Assembly: GCA_045837725.1 (NCBI GenBank)
Contig: JBEWZL010000208.1
Span: forward strand, 186,001-207,465
Direction: 5' to 3'
Source: Vermamoeba vermiformis
Taxonomy: Eukaryota
Length of the DNA: 21,465 nt
Shown here: one piece after another, positions 13,976-21,465 of the stretch
Numbering within the stretch: position 1 is the first letter of the stretch
Layout of the letters: the number at the start of each line of letters is the position of its first letter
Made by a program: the position numbers and the translations under genes
Notes under the pieces: model-generated
The model's input: the letters and a program-made list of their open reading frames with translations, nothing else
Told to the model about the DNA's origin: nothing
The model's database searches: none

Positions 13976-15004
13976 ATGGGGAACTCTACAAATAAGGTAA
14001 AATCATACTGCACTGCGTGGAATTTAGCTAATGACCGCCAAGAGCCTAAGATCTGACACGCTACCGAATAACAATCACAGAATAGTAGTAATTGGTGCTG
14101 CTAAAGTCGGCAAAACATCGTTAATTCTTCGTTTCGTTGTTGATCGTAAGCTAGAAGAAGCATCTAAATATTTATTTAATTTGAAATTAATTTATTGCTC
14201 GACGGTCAGAATTTTTCGAAGATCTCCAGTCACCAGAAGAAGGTAGAATAATGTGGTAATTTTAGAAAGATTATTAGAATTTTTGCCGTATTGCCAAACC
14301 ACATCTGTCATGTCACACTTGTTTGAAATTGGATCTTGAAATGTACGCGTCATACCAGCTTTCTTTTCTGACATAGACTACAAGAAACAAGTAGAAGTTG
14401 ACGCCGAGGAAGCAATGCTCGAAATTCTCGATACAGCAGACAGATCCGACGAAATTGCCGTTGAGGTTCGGGATCACTGCGTATGTTTCCAACATTCCTA
14501 TAACGAATTAATTTTAATTACAATAGTTTGTCGTCATAATGATGAAAAAATTATAGTGGAATGAGACTAATTTCGCTTAATTCTGCAGATCAAACACAGC
14601 CAAGGATTCTTAATCCTTTACGACGTCACTAATACGGAGTCATTTGAAAGATGCCCCAAATTTCATCATACCATATTGAGGTACGTGTCGTACAATAGAC
14701 ATAGCACCGACAAAGCTGTCATGCTTTTAGACGTATGACAATTTGCAATCTTCGCTCTTTTCTGGTTATTAATAACGAAATTTCGATAAGTTTGAAAGAT
14801 ACAGACTGCGTGCCAGTTTTACTTGTGGCAACCAAGTGCGATATTCCGGATCGCGTTGTGTCAACTGCTCAAGGTGCAGAACTCGCAAAACAACACGGCT
14901 GGGCATTTATTGAAACATCAGCGAAAGATAAAATCAATACCAATGAAGTATTTGACGAGATTGTGAGGCAGATCAGAAAACAGAACTGTTCTTCGAAAAA
15001 ATGA
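13976..15004 (+). CDS. Atypical Ras-like small GTPase
   Basis: Six exons in frame: MGNSTNK, IVVIGAAKVGKTSLILRF (G1), EDLQSPEEDYKKQVEVD (no G2 Thr), LEILDTADR (G3 variant), QGFLILYD, VATKCD, ETSAK. Ends QNCSSKK*, which is not a CAAX box. Confidence 0.88.
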
Positions 15005-15158
15005 CCACCGAAAAAATTCTTACGGACAGAGCAAGGGAAATAAGCATGAATTACCACGAGACTAAGACAAGCTACCTTTTGTAAGAAAAGCACTGTCGAT
15101 ATGCTGTAGTAAAACGGTCTCCCAGAAAAATGTTTTTGGAGGATCCAAACTTAAAAGT

Positions 15159-16959
15159 TTATTCAGTGACGACCATAAATCCATTTCTGCCACGCTGGTA
15201 CCTAATTACTGCGTAAATCAAACCACCCACGACAGCCAAACCAACAATGACCAAGAAAACAATCGCCCAAGTAGGCAAATCTGGATTCTCAGCGTTCGGA
15301 GCCGAATGTGGTGTGACGACTGCAGGCGAAGGGCGAGTGGAAGATGAAGGCGATTGTATGGGTGGATTTGATGCTATGGGAGCTGATTGAGGTGCTTTGG
15401 GAGGCGCAGTGCTCAATAAAAACTGCGCAGCAAGGCTGATCTGTTGCGCTGCAATGTTGATCTGGTTTTGAACCTCGTTCCAGTCTTCATCTTCTACTGT
15501 TTGATAAATGCCCGGCAGCACTGTCGAGCCGTAGCCTAATCGCAAACCTGGTGCTTGAAGGACGTGCTTGTACCTTATTGCCATAAAAAGAAATTAGAAT
15601 CCGTTTTGATAAGTTTGTGCACAACAAATTAAGAAAACACAAAGTAATAATTAATATGCAATAACTAAGGAGCTAATAATATTATTGTGCCCAAAGATTC
15701 GAAATTGAAACGGAATCTTAATCGATGTCGGATCCAGTTTTGTTGCTACAACAATGACTTACCAAGGTCGTTTAGGCAGTCCAGGACCGATGAATTGTCG
15801 TTCAGTTGACAACAGCTTCTCATTCAACGCATTGTTACTGGCTTGCTGTTCTCCGTCTTGTTGCATTGATTGGCTGATCTGGACAGATGCCGACATAAAA
15901 CTATCGAGCGCTGCAGTAATGCTCGAATAGTCGTAGCTATTAATTAATTATAGATTAATATATGCTTTTGCAATTCTGAGAAAGAATAAAAGTAATGGAA
16001 TATTTGTTCCGGGCGAGGTGATATCACAAAATTATTTGTCGATCGAGATCTGAGGTCTTAAAGTCCTCTGATATTACGCTATTGCCATATCAATACGATC
16101 TCTTACGTCTTAGAAGCATTAGCACGCTCAATCATTTGCTGCGTCTTCGTCCAATAGTTCATCATATGCACCGCTGAGTTGGTGTAATTCATCGGCACTA
16201 TTTCTTTGTCCGCGTACACAAGACCCAAATACCCGAACAATTTTGACAAAGCCTGGCAAGCCAAGTGCATTAGTATATTATTAAAGGCCGCGCTATGATT
16301 ATACACGTACCAAATGATTGTGGAAGTACGGGTCTCCGAACTGTGTCATCCAGTACAAACTGTCGTACGCGCTGTGATACACGCCGTACGCACCGCGCAA
16401 TTGCAAGTCTATTTAAATAGCGTTAATATCGTTAAGAATATGGTATGAATTATTTAACGGTACCTGCTGAAGCGACACCCAAGTGGTCCAAGAAAGCAGT
16501 GTAATCGGAGCCTGATCCGAGCACGTGACAATCACCGTCCCATGTGTTGTTGCCACCAAAGAACGGCTGAAATACAGTTAGATACTAGTTGCACAATATG
16601 ACTATATAAATATTGTTGATCTTACCGTGCCATCGACGTCGTTGATCTTGGCAGCCGCAGCAATAATTTCTTGTTGCAATGAAGGTGTGGAGCCGCACGA
16701 TAAGGCTATTAATTAATATTACAATCTGTTCCACTTATAACTATTATTGCTTACCTTTACCAGTGACAGCGCTGTCAACCTAATTATAACATGTTAGATG
16801 TAAAGATTCGCATTAAAATATCGATGATCTAGATCTGAGCACACATACATTGAAGTAAGCGACGGCCTTGGCGAGCATATCATTCGAATGACGCTCAACA
16901 AACGCAGTGCTGCCTAAGAGAGCATATTCCTCGCCGTCCCAGCTGCAGAAAATAATGTC
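15159..16959 (-). CDS. Glutamate carboxypeptidase II / transferrin-receptor-like M28 metallopeptidase, 3' part only
   Basis: Motifs IIFCSWDGEEYALLGST, AVAYFN|VDSAV, LGSGSDYTAFLDHLGV, YGVYHSAYD and FGDP; dimerisation-domain segment YKHVLQAPG..GY...LPGI; then a Pro/Ser linker and a C-terminal TM helix. No start codon or 5' exons are present in the window. Confidence 0.92.
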
Positions 16960-17013
16960 CTACAAACACAGATCAGACTCGATCAGTTGCTCGATAATGA
17001 CACGCGCGACACG

Positions 17014-17033
17014 GGACGAAGTTCTACGTGCAG
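17014..17033 (+). repeat. Left terminal inverted repeat GGACGAAGTTCTACGTGCAG
   Basis: The reverse complement of 21446-21465 is GGACGAAGTCGTACGTGCAG (2 mismatches). The true end may include G17013. Confidence 0.9.
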
Positions 17034-17061
17034 CCAAACAACACTGGTAAAAATTTAAAGT

Positions 17062-19705
17062 TCAAACTTTAAACTCTGAGTACAATTTGTTTACAAGTTT
17101 TTTGACATACGTCTTTGAATACGTATTTTCAAACTTGTAATGAACCAAGTAGAATAATAAACTAATTCCAATTCCCTTTTGCTCAGTAAATATTTGTCCA
17201 AGGTATTGCTTGCAAAGTTCCAGATCAGGGTTACGTGGCTCCAACCAACTCATGTGCTTGTATGTAAATTCTCCATCTACTATAATCTGTTCTGCTGTTT
17301 TGAACTTCAATTCAGCAGTGCTAGACAAAATTGGCTTTGGCTCAATATGAATTGTATTGGCAAGTGACATGCTCTTGCCTTGAGATTGCACTCCTTGGTT
17401 AAAGAGGTACTGGAGGTGAGCAATAACCTGATCAGCCAATTCCATTGATATTGAGCCACTGTCCTGAGGAAAATTCTTGTTTAAGTACTTGTGCCAAGTT
17501 TCATTTGCAGAAGTTCCTTGAGAGTATTTGTCTTTTAGCTCAGCAATTGGAATGATGTCATCCACATAGTTTGCAAGTAGGTTCGACATTGCATGAGCCA
17601 CTCTTCCGTCAACAATAGGGGTTGTATGCAATTTGTCAATGTCAGGCAATGCTGGTTTACGTGCTCGCCTGACAGAATCGTTAGTTTAAACTTTAAACTT
17701 TGAAGTTCAATCTCCTTACAATGCACGTGAGTTAGCATAGTGGTCTGCCAATTCCTTTATTAGGTCATCACTTGAGCTTGAATGCACCAATGAATATTTG
17801 TTCAGCCAGTCTTGTAGTGAATGTGCCAAATTGTGGTCTTCCCCATGAATAGTTTTTGCAAAGGTGAGAGAAAGCTCATTCTTAGCCTTGTGATAGTCTG
17901 CTCATTTATTAATAAATCATGTGATAAGATTTAGACTGACCTGCATGCTTGTGATTCATAACTTGGTCCAATCGATGAATTGCATGCCACACATCTTGAC
18001 ATACTTTTGGTTCAGGGAGTGAAGGAAACAGCTTACGCCAACACTCTAACAATGAGTTCTTATCTATAAATGGTGAGTAACAGATGATTTAAGTAATGAA
18101 TTACCTTTATGTGAATTGTCAGTAAAGATATACTTTGTTCGAACCCCCGCTGTCCATAACTTGTGTAATTCTGATTGAATATGAGACCGCTTATCTGACG
18201 GAACAATTTTCGAAACAAGGACACAGCCATCCTCATTCAGTATTGTCAACAATGAAGCTTTCAGTTGGACCTGTAGAAAGTTAGTTACAAGATCTGTAAG
18301 TCTGAGATACCCTTACACGTGATTTGGCATCTTTGGACCATGCCGACAAATTTTTGACAACTTTGTAAGTGTGATCAATCCTTAAAATAATTTTGGTTCG
18401 CTGAATAACAGAGTCCGACATGCTCTTGAGATTATCATTGAATGTCTCAAAGGACAGTGAGTAAATGCCTTCAATAAACTTAGGTGTAGTTCGAATGATG
18501 TCATTTATCTGCAACTTTATCTTTTGCAGTTCATCTGGCTTGTTTTGCAAGCATTGGTACGCCTAATAACATTATTTTTATGGTGAAAACACATAGAGCT
18601 ACATACCACTTGGATACGGGACTCAAAGTGAGCCAGCCACAGTTGTTGAACTGTTTGTAAAATCTTATTGAAATTGAAATAGTGAGCAGGAGCAACATTG
18701 AAAATAAACTGAGCAAATCGCTTTGTAATAACTGTTTTCGGCAAAACAATTATGGAAGGTTCGGAATACGTTTTGTTATCCACAACAGACAAGGCAGTAA
18801 AATGAGCGTCATGGATTCGACAATAATATTGCGGCACTCGCAGTACAAAAGGCGCATCTACATCGAAGCATCGCTTCCTCTCCAAAAAGCCTTTCTTTGT
18901 CACATGACATTTCTGCGACACAGGTCAATTAAGTTTAAACTTTAAACTTTGAACTTACTCCTTTAATCTTGTTGGGGCAGTGTTCGGGAATGAAGTTCAG
19001 GGATGGTTTTTGATTTAGAGTTGAAGACAGCTGCAATTCAACAGTTTGGATAACCTCAGCAAAGTTATCTGCAAGCTTCATTATACAAGGAGTTCACTAT
19101 GCAACAACACTTACCAGCACTGGAGTTGAAAGAAAGAGAGGCCAGTTGCTCTATTAACGCTTCATGTTCAGCACAAGTTTCATCTTCAAAGTTCAAACTT
19201 TGATGTTTGAGTTCATTTTTTTGTGTTCGTTGCTCAACACTGGATGTCTCTTCTTTTATGCCCAAATCAGGTGCAAGACAAGGCTCATGCTGCAGTGCCT
19301 CCACTACTTTAGCAATATGCATAATTAGACCAATCTAGTGTACACCAAATGATGGGTAGAACTTGCCTTTTTTGGGTTTTGACCTCGAATGAGATTGTTT
19401 TTCGGAAAACCGCTCAAAATTGTCTTGTAGAGTTCGTTTTTTTCCTTCATTCGCATCTGTTCAAATGGTTAACTTCAAACTTTAATATATAAATTTTATT
19501 TGGTACCTTTATGCATTCGTTTATGGTGCCTTTTTAAATCTGCGGCTAGATTTGAATTGTACGAGCAGTTATCTTCGCGACACACCAGCGATTGCTTCGG
19601 CGCTCCTTTGGCTCCAACCTTTCGTAGCAAAAAGCATCTATAAATTGATGTGCTCTTTGCCAAGCACAGCGTTATGTCTAACTCGTCGTTCTCTTGTGTG
19701 GTCAT
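17062..19705 (-). CDS. DDE transposase, ~738 aa, 10 exons, with N-terminal C2H2 finger and a Cys-rich (DUF6729-like) domain
   Basis: Exons 19705-19507, 19456-19367, 19306-19115, 19068-18959, 18912-18607, 18562-18317, 18270-18105, 18063-17941, 17897-17720, 17668-17062 total 2217 nt in frame. Motifs: CREDNC...LKRHHKRMH; CP..C...RCFDVD...YYCRIH; LRIDHTYKVVK (D1); FTDN (D2); QDVWHAIHR; GTSANETWHKYLN (E). Confidence 0.88.
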
Positions 19706-19768
19706 TGACCGTAAAAAAATATTATTAGTGTGCTAATTTTGTGATTCGCGTTACCACTCGTCATTGCA
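19706..19768. promoter_or_regulatory. Putative minimal bidirectional promoter of the transposon
   Basis: 63 bp lie between the divergent predicted ATGs at 19705 (-) and 19769 (+). Inferred from position only. Confidence 0.5.
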
Positions 19769-21390
19769 ATGGCAGAGAAGAGCTCTGCAAAGCGTGCCCG
19801 TAGTCAGGAGGAAGGTGAAGAGTCAGGTAAGCATTTCAAAGTAATAATTCGGCAACGGGAGTATTGAATCTAATTTTTCAGATAAAGACCAACAAAAACG
19901 CCGAAAGGTTAACAATGACGATTCAAGTAAGCATAATAAATCTGCTGGGTGCAATGTATTATTTGTTGAAAATATTTGCACGAGCACAACTAATACAAAC
20001 GTGGTTAGGTTCTGGGTCGGATGAGGAAAACGATGAGGCCAACGACTGTAAGTACCAAAACATTACTATATATATTTAATTATGGCCACATTATATTCGA
20101 ACAATTATTATTATCAGCGCCATGCTATATTAAAAATTAGGCTGTTTGTTTTCATAACGGTAAAATTAATTAATAGTACCTGTTCTCGAATTAAATATTT
20201 ACGCTAAGTTTAAACTTCAAACTTTTAACTTCAAATTTAGTGAAAGTGGGCACGTTTGTTGCAGTAAATTTACCGAATGGGTTCCGATTTGCCAAAATTA
20301 AGAAAGCCAATCGCGTCACGCCTATCGTTAAACTGCTGAAGGTAGCGTAATTTTAAATAATGTTAATGGTTAAGTTTTAATTGCAAATGAAAACAGTTCA
20401 CCTCCGAGATCTTCAATAAAGGGAGCTACTATTCTCTTCAAAAAACAGATAAGAAAATTGCTCGTGCTGACGTGATTAAAGAAATTGAAGTTTCGTTTGA
20501 TGAGCACGAATCAAAATTTTTTGTCGCGAACGAAGTTATTACTGAGATCAGCAGGCGTAAGTAAACAGTATTAATTGTCACAACGGCTAATTATCGTTCT
20601 GCAGTTACGAATCCGACACAGACACCAGGGCCTCTGCAAAATCTTGATGTGGCAGAAGACAACAAGCAATCAACTGATTTCGATCTGGATTTTTCGCGCC
20701 CAAAACAAAAAAAGAAGGCGTCTTTATTACCAGAAGGATGTAAGTGGGCTCATATTATATAGTTAAATATTTATTTAACAATAATTCAGTCTCTGTGAAA
20801 ACTTCCGATCAGATCGGACTCGCGCACCAAGATGTTTGGAAAGGAGCGAATAGTAAGTAGTTTAAAGTTTGAACTTTAAACTTTACAATTAATTGTTTGA
20901 CACGGTTTAGATTCGGAGCGACTCGGCTATCTCCTACGCTGGTTAAATTACAACAAATATTTCACTAGCTCTGCAGCAAATTCTGCCATATCAAAGCAAG
21001 GCAAAACTCCGACGCCTAGTTATTTGTATTTTAAGCTCCGTAAGTATTCCCAACAACAGATACGATTTTTTGCCTAACGATCCGATAACAGTTTATTACG
21101 TAATTCCACAAGACGAGACAAAGGACGAACAAATCGAAGGGGCTGTAAAAACATCAATTGTCACTGCGTTCAACGGGGAGGCAAATCCAGACAAATACAA
21201 GATCTACGGGAAAAAATACTTTTTGACGTCATTAATCCAGGATTATTTAGAAATGTCAGAGAACACATGGACGACTGCTGTGTGCCAGCTGATTAACAAA
21301 GGAGCAGTTTGGTTAAAAGAAACTGTACGCACTGACGATAATTTTATGTATGTAATTATTCCGCCGCTCGTGCCTAATAATAAAAAGTGA
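19769..21390 (+). CDS. Transposon accessory protein of unknown function, ~342 aa, 9 exons
   Basis: Exons 19769-19826, 19882-19926, 20009-20047, 20241-20341, 20397-20556, 20605-20739, 20790-20852, 20911-21039, 21092-21390 total 1029 nt in frame, mostly with GTAAG donors. NLS-like KRAR/KRRK, an acidic patch, and a beta-barrel-like segment LKVGTFVAVNLPNGFRFAKIKK. Confidence 0.8.
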
Positions 21391-21445
21391 GAAAAAACCT
21401 AAAAGTTCAAAGTTTAAACTTTAATTTATTATCTGATATTTTTTA

Positions 21446-21465
21446 CTGCACGTACGACTTCGTCC
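21446..21465 (-). repeat. Right terminal inverted repeat, abutting the window end
   Basis: CTGCACGTACGACTTCGTCC matches the left TIR at 18/20 positions. Confidence 0.9.

Larger units (their letters stand above)
17054..21424. repeat. Eight dispersed arrays of 2-4 tandem heptamers, consensus TT(T/C)(A/G)AA(C/G)
   Basis: Arrays at about 17054-17075, 17683-17710, 18931-18956, 19185-19203, 19468-19485, 20206-20235, 20859-20887 and 21402-21424, for example AAG-TTTAAAC-TTTAAAC-TTTGAAC-TT. No comparable tandem arrays were seen in the first 17 kb. Confidence 0.85.
17014..21465. mobile_element. Autonomous two-gene TIR DNA transposon (DDE transposase with DxxH motif, Mutator-like in the broad sense), probably in an intron of the M28 peptidase gene
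   Basis: 20-bp inverted termini with 18/20 identity enclose an intact transposase and a divergent second gene. The left end lies about 54 bp upstream of the splice acceptor at 16960-16961. The right flank and any target-site duplication are outside the window. Confidence 0.9.

Noticed and set aside
19307-19366. Non-canonical GC-AG intron in the transposase (AAAG|GCAAGT)
   Set aside because: An in-phase GT donor a little downstream (TTTG|GTGTAC) gives a 41-44 bp intron, matching other introns of the element, so the GC donor cannot be established without RNA data.
17054-21424. Heptamer arrays as telomeric or CRISPR-like repeats
   Set aside because: No G-rich telomere unit, no constant repeat-spacer structure and no cas genes; the context is eukaryotic.

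Overview
Gene-dense, AT-rich eukaryotic DNA with many short GT-AG introns (mostly about 40-200 bp), read in the standard code. The gene content (CAR/Crl-type GPCR, myristoylated PH-less Akt/PKBR1-like kinase) suggests an amoebozoan-like protist, which is inference only. Exons were joined by hand. From left to right: (1) a gene encoding an N-terminal TM anchor, an F-box and a C-terminal ~7TM domain; (2) a secreted, probably GPI-anchored, bacterial-looking protein with two apparent +1 frameshifts; (3) a CAR-like GPCR; (4) a second F-box/7TM paralog; (5) an AGC kinase; (6-8) three atypical small GTPases that all start MGN, lack C-terminal prenylation motifs and have degenerate G2/G3 boxes; (9) the 3' half of a GCPII/TfR-like M28 peptidase with a C-terminal TM helix. 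Immediately upstream of that peptidase's first visible exon lies an apparently intact ~4.45 kb two-gene TIR DNA transposon that runs to the last base of the window. It carries a 10-exon DDE transposase, a divergently transcribed 9-exon accessory gene, and eight arrays of a 7-bp motif, mostly in its introns and subterminal regions.
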